Assembly: GCA_024639645.1 (NCBI GenBank)
Contig: JAHEIB010000002.1
Coordinates: 1-44,276, forward strand
DNA: 44,276 nucleotides
Reading direction: 5' to 3'
Origin: Deltaproteobacteria bacterium
Lineage (GTDB): Bacteria > Desulfobacterota > Desulfobacteria > Desulfobacterales > B30-G6
This document shows, piece by piece, positions 25,422-35,259 of the stretch (position 1 is the first letter of the stretch; each line of letters starts with the position of its first letter). The translations under genes were made by a program, and so were the position numbers. The notes below the pieces were generated by a model. That model made no database searches. It was given only the letters and a program-made list of their open reading frames with translations, and was not told where the DNA came from.

Positions 25422-27605
25422 ATGTTAAAAAAACTATTGCCATTTCTAGCCTGGTTTGACCGCTATAATCTTGAAATCGCTAAAAAGGATTTGGCGGGAG
25501 GCATTACCGTTGCCCTCGTTCTTATTCCGCAATCCATGGCTTATGCGCAGCTGGCAGGCGTTCCCATTCAGGTTGGCCTGTATGCGTCCCTGCTCCCTCC
25601 GCTCATCGCCATCCTCTTCGGCTCAAGCTGGCAGCTTGCCACAGGCCCGGTTGCTGTGGTCTCTTTGATGACGGCCGCGGCTCTGGAGCCAATTGCCACC
25701 ACTGGAAGTCTGGGCTATATGTCCTATGCCCTGATGCTGGCGTTCATGGTCGGCCTTTTTCAGTTTTTTCTGGGTATCCTGAGACTCGGCATGATCATCA
25801 ACCTGCTCTCACATCCCGTCATCAACGGTTTCACCAATGCTGCCGCCCTGATCATTGCAACCTCACAGCTTCCCAAGATGCTCGGGATACACATCGACAA
25901 AGGCGACTACCACTATGAAACACTCATCCGGGTTGTAGAAACCGCTATCCAGTATACTCACTGGCCGACACTTCTAATGGGTGTTTTAGCCTTTGTGATT
26001 ATGGTAGTCACCAAACGTCTGGACAGTCGGCTGCCAGGTGTTCTGGTGGCTGTTGTGGTAACCACCCTCATTTCATGGGCATTCCATTTCGAGCACAATA
26101 TCAGTGTCAACATGTCGGCCATAGAGCATTCCGAGGCTGCACACTTGATTGAAGAATTCAATCAAATGAGTCTGATGATACCGACCCTCTCAGAACATCG
26201 TGCCCTACAGAAGAAGAAACAGCTGTCCGCCAAAAACGAAAATGATATCTTTGCCATGCTCGATGCTCGCAGAGAGGTGGACGGACTGACCATTCAAATC
26301 GATCAATTGAAATACCAGATTCACCTCGTTCGTAAAAAAATCAGAAACCTGCTGTTTGTCCCGGTAATAAATCCCGACGACAAAATCAGTTTTTCGGTAA
26401 AACCCAGTGACGCAAAGGTCATAACACTGGACAAGCGGATCTATCGCATTTATGTCGGCAATGAAATTATCGATCCAAATCAGGTCACCTTTATGGGTGG
26501 CGGTGAGGTTGTGGGGCAAATCCCAAAAGGTATTCCATCACTGAAGCCGGTACCATTCAACGCATCCATATTCAGCCATCTGCTGCCTTTTGCTGTTATC
26601 ATAGCACTGCTCGGTTTCATGGAAGCCATCTCCATTGCCAAAGCAATGGCGGCAAAAACGGGTCAGCGGCTCGACCCCAATCAAGAATTGCTGGGACAGG
26701 GACTGGCCAACATGGCAGGCTCTCTTTCCGGCGGATACCCGGTTTCTGGTTCCTTTTCCCGATCAGCAGTTAATCTAAAAGCAGGTGCTGTTACGGGCAT
26801 GTCATCTGTTTTCTCCAGTCTGATTGTACTGGCATGTCTGCTGTTTTTTACACCCCTTCTCTACCATCTACCACAATCAGTACTGGCGGCGGTCATCATG
26901 ATGGCAGTGCTCGGACTGATCAATATCTCCGGCTTTATTTATGCCTGGCGTGTAAAACACCACGACGGCATCATTTCGGTCCTGACATTTCTGAGCACGC
27001 TCATGTTTGCACCGCATCTTGACAAGGGTATTTTCGTGGGTGTTGGACTCTCTCTAGGATACTTTCTGTACAAATCCATGCGTCCCGTTATGGCATCACT
27101 ATCTCTGAGCACAGACAAAGAACTGCACGATGCCCTGGTCTTCGGTCTCAGAACGTGTCGGTACATCGATGTCGTCCGTTTTGACGGACCACTCTTTTTT
27201 GCCAATTCGAGTTATCTTGAAGAACAGATAGCCAGTCATCGCAAAAATAAGCCGGAACTGAGACATATCCTCCTGGTATCGAACGGCATCAACGATATCG
27301 ATGCTTCCGGACAAGAAACATTGTCTCTTTTGATCGACCGGGTCCGGAGTGCCGGTATTGATCTTTCTTTGAGCGGCGTCAACGATACGGTCATGGCAGT
27401 GCTGGAACATACCCATCTGGTAGCCAAGATCGGGCGGGATCACATTTTTCCCAACAGCTACACGGCACTGCGCTCCATTCATGAAAAAACACATAAAAAC
27501 AATGAAGCAGAAAACTGCCCATTGAAACATGTGGTTTTCCAAACGTCGGAAAAAGAAAAAACAGAGCAAGGGGCACACGATTCCGACTCGGATAAGGGTA
27601 TATAA
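25422..27605 (+). CDS. SulP-family anion transporter with a C-terminal STAS domain and a large internal insertion
   Basis: 727 aa with the SulP signature DLAGGITVALVLIPQSMAYAQLAG, GQIPKGIPSL, and a STAS-like C-terminus (VVRFDGPLFFANS...NDIDASGQETL). Confidence 0.9.
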   Translation: MLKKLLPFLAWFDRYNLEIAKKDLAGGITVALVLIPQSMAYAQLAGVPIQVGLYASLLPPLIAILFGSSWQLATGPVAVVSLMTAAALEPIATTGSLGYMSYALMLAFMVGLFQFFLGILRLGMIINLLSHPVINGFTNAAALIIATSQLPKMLGIHIDKGDYHYETLIRVVETAIQYTHWPTLLMGVLAFVIMVVTKRLDSRLPGVLVAVVVTTLISWAFHFEHNISVNMSAIEHSEAAHLIEEFNQMSLMIPTLSEHRALQKKKQLSAKNENDIFAMLDARREVDGLTIQIDQLKYQIHLVRKKIRNLLFVPVINPDDKISFSVKPSDAKVITLDKRIYRIYVGNEIIDPNQVTFMGGGEVVGQIPKGIPSLKPVPFNASIFSHLLPFAVIIALLGFMEAISIAKAMAAKTGQRLDPNQELLGQGLANMAGSLSGGYPVSGSFSRSAVNLKAGAVTGMSSVFSSLIVLACLLFFTPLLYHLPQSVLAAVIMMAVLGLINISGFIYAWRVKHHDGIISVLTFLSTLMFAPHLDKGIFVGVGLSLGYFLYKSMRPVMASLSLSTDKELHDALVFGLRTCRYIDVVRFDGPLFFANSSYLEEQIASHRKNKPELRHILLVSNGINDIDASGQETLSLLIDRVRSAGIDLSLSGVNDTVMAVLEHTHLVAKIGRDHIFPNSYTALRSIHEKTHKNNEAENCPLKHVVFQTSEKEKTEQGAHDSDSDKGI

Positions 27606-27657
27606 ACAGGAGAGGGTCCAAGGGAAATAAGGCTCCTAACAGCCTAAACCCCAATTA

Positions 27658-27702
27658 GCTATTAATAACAATGAACATCGCGCGCAGCGTTAATTACACC
27701 TG
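27658..27702. repeat. Family-D intergenic repeat, copy 2 (more diverged)
   Basis: The sequence gctattaataacaatgaacatcgcgcgcagcgttaattacacctg has the same plus-strand orientation as copy 1. Confidence 0.55.
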
Positions 27703-27786
27703 AAAGGCAAATAACCATAACTTACAGCTTGAGGCTCAATACCACCCGAAGCACAAATATCACATGAAGTGCAGAGGAGAGAAAAG

Positions 27787-29004
27787 ATGGCCATTATCAA
27801 ATTATTCAGCGGCTCCTATTGTCTTAAAAAGGAGGTGGCTCAAAATATCATTGAAACCACCGGCTATCAGAGAATAACCGATAAAAACGTGGTGCAGGCA
27901 TCTGCAAAACTCTCAGCAATGTCGGAAACAAAATTATTCCGGTCTTTTTCAGCCAGGACTTCAGTATTCAATAAATTCACCCGGGAAAAAGAAATGGCTG
28001 TGTCCTATTTAAAACTTGCCTTATCAAGCTTATTGGATAAAAGTGAGTTCATCATCAGCGGCTATTCCGGACTGCTGTTACCAAGAAAAATAAGCCACGC
28101 AATCGGAATTTGCCTGATTGCCGACTTAAAATCCAGAATTTCCAATGCTGTTGAGCAAGGATCGTTGTCAAAAAGAGAGGCACATAAATTAATCCGACGA
28201 TCTGATGGCGATTGTGCTGCCTGGACAACCCTGCTTTTCGATGTAGATGACCCATGGAACCCCTCACTTTATGATATGGTGATTCCGATGGACAAAAAGA
28301 AGCCTGAAGAAGCTGCAAATACGATCATTCAAAATGCAGCCAAAGACGTGGTTCGGGTGACGTCAGAATCCAACCAGGCTGTCATGGATTTCAGGCTTGC
28401 CGCAGAGGTGGAAGTTGCGCTGACCCGAAACGGTCATCACTGTGGCGTAGACGCCAGTTCTGGTGAAGTAACGCTGACCATCAACAGGCCGGTGCTTGTT
28501 TTAAACAGACTTCAGGAAGAACTAAAAAAAATCGCTGAAAAAGTCCCCGGTGTTTCTGCCGTCAACACAATTGTAGGGAAGTCCTTCCATCAGTCCAACA
28601 TCTACCGCAAACATGACTTCAAATTGCCATCGAAAGTGCTGCTGGTGGATGATGAGCGTGAGTTTATCGAAACACTTTCAGAGCGGCTGCAGATTAGAGA
28701 CATGGGTGCCGCTGTTGCCTTTGACGCCAAATCAGCCATGGATGTGGTCGCCCAAGATGAACCGGATGTAATGATTATCGATCTCAAAATGCCGGGAGTC
28801 AACGGTATGGAGATGCTCCAGAGAATCAAAAAGACCCGACCCAATATCGAAGTAATTGTTTTGACGGGCCATGGGTCCAGAGACGACCAAGAGCAATGTA
28901 TGGCCATGGGGGCTTTCGCCTATCTGCAAAAGCCGGTGGATATCGACGAACTGGGGGATATCCTTAAAAAAGCCCACGCCAAAATCAGCAGCAGAAAAGA
29001 ATAG
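27787..29004 (+). CDS. response regulator with a long uncharacterised N-terminal region (possibly cytidylate-kinase-like plus BON-like) and a C-terminal receiver domain
   Basis: Taken from ORF 27769..29004, with the start moved to ATG 27787 after GAGGAGAG. The receiver has LLVDDERE..., MIIDLKMPGVNG, VLTGHG and QKP. The N-terminal roughly 280 aa have no intact Walker A that I can see. Confidence 0.8.
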   Translation: MAIIKLFSGSYCLKKEVAQNIIETTGYQRITDKNVVQASAKLSAMSETKLFRSFSARTSVFNKFTREKEMAVSYLKLALSSLLDKSEFIISGYSGLLLPRKISHAIGICLIADLKSRISNAVEQGSLSKREAHKLIRRSDGDCAAWTTLLFDVDDPWNPSLYDMVIPMDKKKPEEAANTIIQNAAKDVVRVTSESNQAVMDFRLAAEVEVALTRNGHHCGVDASSGEVTLTINRPVLVLNRLQEELKKIAEKVPGVSAVNTIVGKSFHQSNIYRKHDFKLPSKVLLVDDEREFIETLSERLQIRDMGAAVAFDAKSAMDVVAQDEPDVMIIDLKMPGVNGMEMLQRIKKTRPNIEVIVLTGHGSRDDQEQCMAMGAFAYLQKPVDIDELGDILKKAHAKISSRKE

Positions 29005-29121
29005 GGTACCAGGGTTCGAGGGTTGCTGAGTACGATCAGCCACCCTCGGACCCTCGAATCCTTGAACCCTTTGACCCCTTCTCCCAAACAATTGGGGGAA
29101 GAATCACTGGAGACAGCCACG

Positions 29122-30597
29122 GTGCTGGAAAAATTTAAACCGAAATTTTGGGATCATTTAGAATTTCCCGGAGACTCTCACCGTCAATCCTATGGCTTAC
29201 GCAGGAAATGGAAACTCATGGTGGCGCTCACACTTATTGTCGCCCTTGTGCCGTTTTTAAGCCTTTCCTTGGTCAGCTATCATTCCATAAGAGCGGCGGC
29301 CCAATCCGAAGCCATGGATCAGACACGACGGCTGCTTGAAAATCTGCAGCAGGTTATCATCTATCTTCTGTCCGAAGACCAGGAAACCATGAGCATGCAA
29401 ACCGTAAGCGGCTCCGCCCAAAAGAAAACAGGAACCGATAAAGTGTCTCTGCTGCTTTCAAAAATAGCCATTGGGGAAGGTGAATCGATCTTTATGGCCG
29501 ACACCAACGACCTAATGAAAAATCCCGCCAGTTATTGTGAAAGCATTCAACAAAAAATAATTTCGTCTCTGCCCGAGAATGATCATGAAAGCCAGGTTTT
29601 CCAGATTAATAACGATGCAGGTCAGCCGTTGATCGTCGGTCGCATCAAAATTCCTAAAACATCCCTGCTACTGGTCATCATTCAGAACGAAGAAACCCTG
29701 TTGGCAGGCTGGCACGCACCCTGGGTCAAACTGGCCAGTTTCCTCGGTATTGGCATCCTGGTCATCCTGGTCATGGTCCTGACCACCGCCACCTACGTCA
29801 TCAATAAAATCCACGTGGCAGACGAGCAACGAATCATGGATCTGCATAAAATGGAGTATCACAATAAGATGACATCCCTGGGAAGGCTGTCTGCAGGCAT
29901 TGCCCACGAAATCAACAATCCCCTGTCCATTATCAACGAAAAAATAGGTCTCATAAAAGATTTGCTGGAATACCAGCCCGGTGACTTACCCATGGCAAGA
30001 CTCGTCACTTTGCTGAGCGATGTGGCGGCGCCCATCAAACGCTGCGGCAATATCACCCACCGGCTCTTAAATTTCGGCCGGCATACCGAGACCTATTTTG
30101 AACCTGTGGACCTTTCCCAAATTTTATATGATATTATTGACCTGCTTAAAAAGGAAGCTGAATTCAGAGATATCGAAATTTACACGAAATTCCCAAATAA
30201 ATTTCCTGATATTACAAGCAATAAAGGTAATCTGGAGCAGATCTTTCTCAACGTGATGAACAATGCGTTTACGGCCATGCAATCGGGCGGGCGCCTGGAT
30301 ATCGAGGTCAGCAACACACATCCGGATCATGTGGTTATCGTATTTGAGGATACCGGATGTGGCATTCGCCAGGAAGACATCCAATATGTTTTTGAGCCCT
30401 TTTTCTCATCCAAAAGCACCGGGTCAGGAACCGGCCTCGGTCTCTCTGTTACCTATGCATTGACAAAGGAGCTGGGCGGGAAAATATCGGTAACCAGCAC
30501 CGAGGGAAAAGGGACACGATTCATCATCGAACTACCCCTTGAACCACCCCACAAGGATGACGGGGCCACCTGCGCGATTCCCGAGCTTGAAGTTTGA
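29122..30597 (+). CDS. membrane sensor histidine kinase
   Basis: It has the H box AGIAHEINNPLS, the N box NVMNNAFTAM, and G boxes EDTGCGI and GTGLGLSV, with two hydrophobic segments flanking a roughly 150-aa periplasmic region. The start is uncertain: GTG 29122 lies after GGAGA, and the ORF-track start at 29023 lies inside a GAGGGTT-type hairpin array. Confidence 0.8.
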   Translation: MLEKFKPKFWDHLEFPGDSHRQSYGLRRKWKLMVALTLIVALVPFLSLSLVSYHSIRAAAQSEAMDQTRRLLENLQQVIIYLLSEDQETMSMQTVSGSAQKKTGTDKVSLLLSKIAIGEGESIFMADTNDLMKNPASYCESIQQKIISSLPENDHESQVFQINNDAGQPLIVGRIKIPKTSLLLVIIQNEETLLAGWHAPWVKLASFLGIGILVILVMVLTTATYVINKIHVADEQRIMDLHKMEYHNKMTSLGRLSAGIAHEINNPLSIINEKIGLIKDLLEYQPGDLPMARLVTLLSDVAAPIKRCGNITHRLLNFGRHTETYFEPVDLSQILYDIIDLLKKEAEFRDIEIYTKFPNKFPDITSNKGNLEQIFLNVMNNAFTAMQSGGRLDIEVSNTHPDHVVIVFEDTGCGIRQEDIQYVFEPFFSSKSTGSGTGLGLSVTYALTKELGGKISVTSTEGKGTRFIIELPLEPPHKDDGATCAIPELEV

Positions 30598-30618
30598 CAT
30601 CCCTTATGGAGAACACAG

Positions 30619-31284
30619 ATGGACCAAAACGAAACCACCATATGCCAGGAAACATTGCAGTATTTCAAAATCATGCTGCCGTCATTTTCACACGAAGCAA
30701 AAAATGTGCTTGCCGTTATCAACGAAAATGCAGGTCTGATGGCTGATTACATACTGATGGCCCAAAAAGGAAAAACCCTTGATCTGGAGCGACTCAGTTC
30801 TCTGTCTACAACCATCAGGAAACAGGTGGCAAGATGCAACACCTTGATTACGGATGTCCGTCAGGCAGCTCAGGGAATCGATAATAGTTCACAGACCGTC
30901 TGTCTTGTCCAGCATGTCAGGCAGGTGTCCGAATTGCTGTCAACAAAGGCAGCCATGCGATCTATCCAGTTCCATGTGTCTGCCATGGAAGAACCGATTC
31001 TCATTGACACAAGACCGGTGTTATTGCTCCATATCATGTGGGTCTGTCTCGATTACGCCATGCAAACCGGTGAACGCGGCCAGCATATCGAATTGTTCCT
31101 GGAAAAAAAGGGTGAAAGCGTGCTTGTCCAGATGTCCGGAATCGGCAAACTGAAACCGGAATCCATCACCGCCATCATGCCTGATGAGCAGCGCAACTGC
31201 GTGCTCTCGGCATTGAATGCCGTACTGATAATCGACGAAAATGAAAAAACACTGTTATTGAAAATAGGAAAACGCCATGCCTGA
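30619..31284 (+). CDS. degenerate histidine-kinase-like protein (H box present, ATP-lid motifs not recognisable)
   Basis: 221 aa with a GGAGA RBS. It has the HisKA-like LPSFSHEAKNVLAVINENAGLM, but I could find no N/G1/G2 boxes. It overlaps the next gene by 8 nt. Confidence 0.6.
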   Translation: MDQNETTICQETLQYFKIMLPSFSHEAKNVLAVINENAGLMADYILMAQKGKTLDLERLSSLSTTIRKQVARCNTLITDVRQAAQGIDNSSQTVCLVQHVRQVSELLSTKAAMRSIQFHVSAMEEPILIDTRPVLLLHIMWVCLDYAMQTGERGQHIELFLEKKGESVLVQMSGIGKLKPESITAIMPDEQRNCVLSALNAVLIIDENEKTLLLKIGKRHA

Positions 31285-31639
31285 TAAGGTGCTACTGGTT
31301 GACGATGACGAAGATCTGATGGAAATTATGTCGGAAAGGCTTAGAAACAGGGGTATGGATGTGGACACGGTGGGTGATGCCGAGGAAGCATTGCTCTGGA
31401 TGGCGAATAAGCACTATGATGCCATTATCCTGGATTTTTTAATGCCCGGCATGGATGGCTTTGAGACCATCCATACCATTAGAAAGCAACAGTCTGACAT
31501 ACGGATCCTTCTCGTGACAGGCCAAATGCCGGCCGATGACGGCCGTAAAGCGATTCAAATGGGTGCTGATGTGGTTCTTGAAAAACCGGCAGACCTGGAT
31601 GTCCTTGTAAAATCGATTCGGCCTTTCGATTCCAATTAA
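31277..31639 (+). CDS. single-domain (CheY-like) response regulator
   Basis: 120 aa with LLVDDDEDL, ILDFLMPGMDG, LLVTG and EKP. Confidence 0.88.
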   Translation: MPDKVLLVDDDEDLMEIMSERLRNRGMDVDTVGDAEEALLWMANKHYDAIILDFLMPGMDGFETIHTIRKQQSDIRILLVTGQMPADDGRKAIQMGADVVLEKPADLDVLVKSIRPFDSN

Positions 31640-31712
31640 GAAGAACGACACCCGTCCCCCCTCTCCATAGATAGATCTTAACCCATTGTTTTAATATTTA
31701 TGTTTATTATAA

Positions 31713-32786
31713 TTAACGTCCTAACGGCTTGATCAGTTTATTTGCTATTTCCTTCTCAGCCCATTCAAAATCTGATTTTTCCTTACCCTTTTTAAACACT
31801 TCTGTTATTTGCACTGCCAGGCGGCAGGCTTTCTCATACCCCACAACAGCCGCTTCATCAATGACATCCCAATTTTCTTCTTCTAAAAACGCATCAAAGG
31901 CGATCACAACTTCCGGAAAAAGTACCGTTGAGACGCCATCCTGAAAGGCGACATAAAACCCAAGGGCGGCCGATTTTTTGTTTGACACAATATAATTCAA
32001 TGTTCCTTTTTCACCGGTATCAGCAAGAAGGTCCTTAATAGCCCTGGCAAACAAGGCCGTGGGTGATTGAGGGTATGCCCCAATAATCTCCCGCCATATT
32101 TCCCTGTCGAACACGTTTTCCGAAAGTTCACCTATTTCGTGATATAAATAGGTTCCCATCATTTCCTGAGTCAACTCGGGCAGTTTTGGCTGCAAAGCAG
32201 CCGGATCGTTTTTTTGCAAACCGTACTGTTTCAGGGCATACTGCAGTGCATGGCGTCCTGATTTTTTCACATAGGCAATCTGATCCCAGAAAATGGCTTG
32301 CGCTGTTTTTTTTCTAATTATTATCGAACTGTTCTGGGTCAAGGCAGGCGCAGCAAAAAGATCGCGGGCCCGCTCCTGCCCCAGGATGATCACTGAAAAG
32401 CCGTTGATCCTGGTTTCCTTCTCAATATCAGAAAGAAAAAAGGTCGGCTTGAGACGCGGTCCTAAACCAGCCCCATAATATATCCCGTGCCGGTGTAACA
32501 CCGTGTTCAGTGCACGGGTGTCAAAGGGATCATAGGTGTTTCCAAACACCAGCAGGTTTTCAAACGGTTTATCAGAGAGAACCTCCCAGGCTTCTTCCTT
32601 GCGGCCGATCCAATCAAGAACTTCGGCGGGTTCTTTTTCAACCCAGGGATCCAGCCCCTTTTCCCATTTATACTGATCACGAAGGCGCAAAGCCAGACCG
32701 CAGACTGAATATAAGCCGGCATAACGTGAATCAGATATCGAACAATTATGCTGTACCTGAGCGGTGATGTGCTGGAGATTGGTCAT
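31713..32786 (-). CDS. conserved-looking hypothetical protein (about 357 aa)
   Basis: A long clean ORF with no internal repeats. The start is ATG 32786 (or TTG 32795) after GAGGA. I recognise no family motif. Confidence 0.65.
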   Translation of the reverse strand: MTNLQHITAQVQHNCSISDSRYAGLYSVCGLALRLRDQYKWEKGLDPWVEKEPAEVLDWIGRKEEAWEVLSDKPFENLLVFGNTYDPFDTRALNTVLHRHGIYYGAGLGPRLKPTFFLSDIEKETRINGFSVIILGQERARDLFAAPALTQNSSIIIRKKTAQAIFWDQIAYVKKSGRHALQYALKQYGLQKNDPAALQPKLPELTQEMMGTYLYHEIGELSENVFDREIWREIIGAYPQSPTALFARAIKDLLADTGEKGTLNYIVSNKKSAALGFYVAFQDGVSTVLFPEVVIAFDAFLEEENWDVIDEAAVVGYEKACRLAVQITEVFKKGKEKSDFEWAEKEIANKLIKPLGR

Positions 32787-32988
32787 ATATATCAATATTC
32801 CTCGGCAAATCCCGATATAATTTCAAAAACATTTTCTCGTACCTTGACTTTCCAACTTTATACATTATGTTACCGAAAGTCAAAAATTGAGAGCGCGCAT
32901 TAATCCCTGGGCAATAAACAGCTTATGGCTTAATGCTAATGCTTGGTGCTCACCCAATGGTGGGCTTAAGACCCCAAGGAGACCACCC

Positions 32989-33234
32989 ATGTATTTTGAA
33001 GCCGTATTCAACCCCTCGGAAAACCTGGAATACACGACAGATGCCCATAGCCTGGCCGGTAAAAAAATAGCCATACAAGCCGGCTGGGTTATCAAGGAAG
33101 GCCAGTTCAAAGGTCAGGAGTGTTATTATATTCCCAATTCCACAATCGGTCTAATCCCGGTTTGTGACCTGGAAGAATTGAAACCACTCCCTTTTGTCAA
33201 GTGGAGAGACCTACTCAGTCAATTGGGTTTTTAA
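32989..33234 (+). CDS. small hypothetical protein (81 aa)
   Basis: Taken from ORF 32887..33234, with the start moved to ATG 32989 after AAGGAG. The upstream part of the tracked ORF is a TAAGC-type k-mer array. Confidence 0.5.
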   Translation: MYFEAVFNPSENLEYTTDAHSLAGKKIAIQAGWVIKEGQFKGQECYYIPNSTIGLIPVCDLEELKPLPFVKWRDLLSQLGF

Positions 33235-33289
33235 GTAATAAGCGCTAAGCTGTGAGCTATAAGCGTGTGGACCGGTAACAGCTTAAGGC

Positions 33290-34963
33290 TTATAGGGGAA
33301 ACACCGCTCCCCTATCGGCACTGCTTACACTGGCGGCGTACCTTGCCAGATAGCCGGTTTTCTTTTTCAGTTCAAAGGGTGGCAACGCTTCGAGCCTCGC
33401 CTGAATTTCTTCTGCACCCAGTTGCACATTCAAGGTGTTAGCGGGAATGTCGATATCGATGATATCACCGTCTTGAACAATGGCAATGGGACCCCCGGAC
33501 GCCGCCTCAGGAGACACATGCCCGATGGCTGCACCCCTTGAGGCCCCGGAAAACCTGCCATCCGTGATCAATGCCACATCCCGGTCGAGCCCCATACCTG
33601 CCAGGGCTGACGTTGGAGACAGCATCTCCCGCATACCCGGCCCCCCTTTGGGTCCTTCAAAGCGGATAACCAGTACCTCTCCCTTTTGAATCTTTCCAGA
33701 CATGATGAATTCAAAGGCTTCATCTTCAGAATGAAACACCCTGGCGGGCCCCGAATGTCGCAGCATCTCGTCTGCAACAGCTGCCTGTTTTACGATAGCA
33801 CCGTCAGGGGCGATGTTGCCTTTGAGTATGGCAAGACCCCCTTTTGCATGTACCGGGTCGTCAATGGGCCGAATCACCGACATCTCCCTTTTGTCCGCCT
33901 GCATGGCTGCCAGCATCTCTCCCATGGTTTTTCCGGAAATCGTCATCTCTTTTTCATTGACAAGATTTTTTTTCATCAACTCTGCCATGATAGCCGGAAC
34001 ACCCCCGGCATGGTAGAGGTCAACCACATGGTGAGGGCCGGCCGGGGCTATGGATGTGAGATGGGGCACTTTCTCTGCCAGTCGACCGAAATCATCCAAA
34101 CAGATATCAACCCCTGCATAATAAGCAATGGCAGTAATGTGCAAGACTGAGTTCGTGGACCCCCCCAGCGCCATGTCGGCCATGATCATATTTTCAAAAG
34201 CCCCTTTTGTCATCACGTCCCTGGGTCTGATGCCTTTTCTTGCCAGCTCCACCGCGTGATGACCCGTCTCTTTCGCCAACCAGATACGTTCGGAATAAAC
34301 CGCCGGTATGCTACCGTTCAACGGAAGTGCCATACCCAGTGCTTCCGCAAGATTTGACATGGTATTGGCCGTAAACATACCAGAGCAAGAACCAGCACCC
34401 GGGCAGGCACTGCATTCAAACGCATCCAGGTCACTTTCACTGATGCTGCCGCTCTTCAAACGCCCCACGGCCTCGAACACCTTGTCCAAACCGACATCAC
34501 GGCCAAGAAATTTTCCGGGCAACATGGGGCCACCGCCGATAAATATGGCCGGGATATCAAGTCTGGCCGCTGCGATAAGCATTCCCGGAATAATTTTATC
34601 ACAGGAAGCCATGAGAACCAGTGCATCAAACGGATGTGCCATGGCCATGATTTCAAGGGAGTCTGCGATCAGCTCTCTGCTGGGGAGTGAATAATTCATG
34701 CCGTCATGATTCATGGCAATGCCGTCACAGACACCGATGGTGTTGAACACAACCGGCGTGCCTCCCGCCGCATACACACCGGCTTTCACTGCTTCTGATA
34801 GTTTGTCCAGGTGAATGTGGCCGGGAATAATTTCATTGAAAGAATTGGCGATGCCGATGATGGGATTCTGTAACTCGCGTTCAGTAAACCCGCCTGCTCT
34901 CAAAAGAGACCGGTGAGGCGCCCGCTCCGCCCCCCGGGTCATCAGGTCACTTCTTTTCTTCAT
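33290..34963 (-). CDS. ilvD: dihydroxy-acid dehydratase
   Basis: Taken from ORF 33290..35035, with the start moved to ATG 34963 (MKKRSDLMTRGAERAPHRSLL) after GGAGGAG. It has the motifs CDKIIPGM and GAGSCSGMFTANTM. Confidence 0.93.
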   Translation of the reverse strand: MKKRSDLMTRGAERAPHRSLLRAGGFTERELQNPIIGIANSFNEIIPGHIHLDKLSEAVKAGVYAAGGTPVVFNTIGVCDGIAMNHDGMNYSLPSRELIADSLEIMAMAHPFDALVLMASCDKIIPGMLIAAARLDIPAIFIGGGPMLPGKFLGRDVGLDKVFEAVGRLKSGSISESDLDAFECSACPGAGSCSGMFTANTMSNLAEALGMALPLNGSIPAVYSERIWLAKETGHHAVELARKGIRPRDVMTKGAFENMIMADMALGGSTNSVLHITAIAYYAGVDICLDDFGRLAEKVPHLTSIAPAGPHHVVDLYHAGGVPAIMAELMKKNLVNEKEMTISGKTMGEMLAAMQADKREMSVIRPIDDPVHAKGGLAILKGNIAPDGAIVKQAAVADEMLRHSGPARVFHSEDEAFEFIMSGKIQKGEVLVIRFEGPKGGPGMREMLSPTSALAGMGLDRDVALITDGRFSGASRGAAIGHVSPEAASGGPIAIVQDGDIIDIDIPANTLNVQLGAEEIQARLEALPPFELKKKTGYLARYAASVSSADRGAVFPL

Positions 34964-35259
34964 GCTGTCTCCTCCAGTTAAGCCACTCCATAATTTTATG
35001 GAAGGCGACAGATACATGTGTGGATGGCTTTTCAATCTAGGGTCAATTGCGATGATTTGAAATCACAAAAACGCAACATGCCAAAAACCCGGTCAGGTAT
35101 TTGGCAAAGGGTATTATCACAGGTTTGCCGAAGCTGTTGAGGTGTTGGATGTCACCAGTATTGGGAAGCATTTTTTTCAGCGAATTATATGGAATTTTCT
35201 AAAAGTGTGTGCTGTTTGAAAGGATATTCGGCAAAAATTCGATGTGCCTTGCTTAATAA

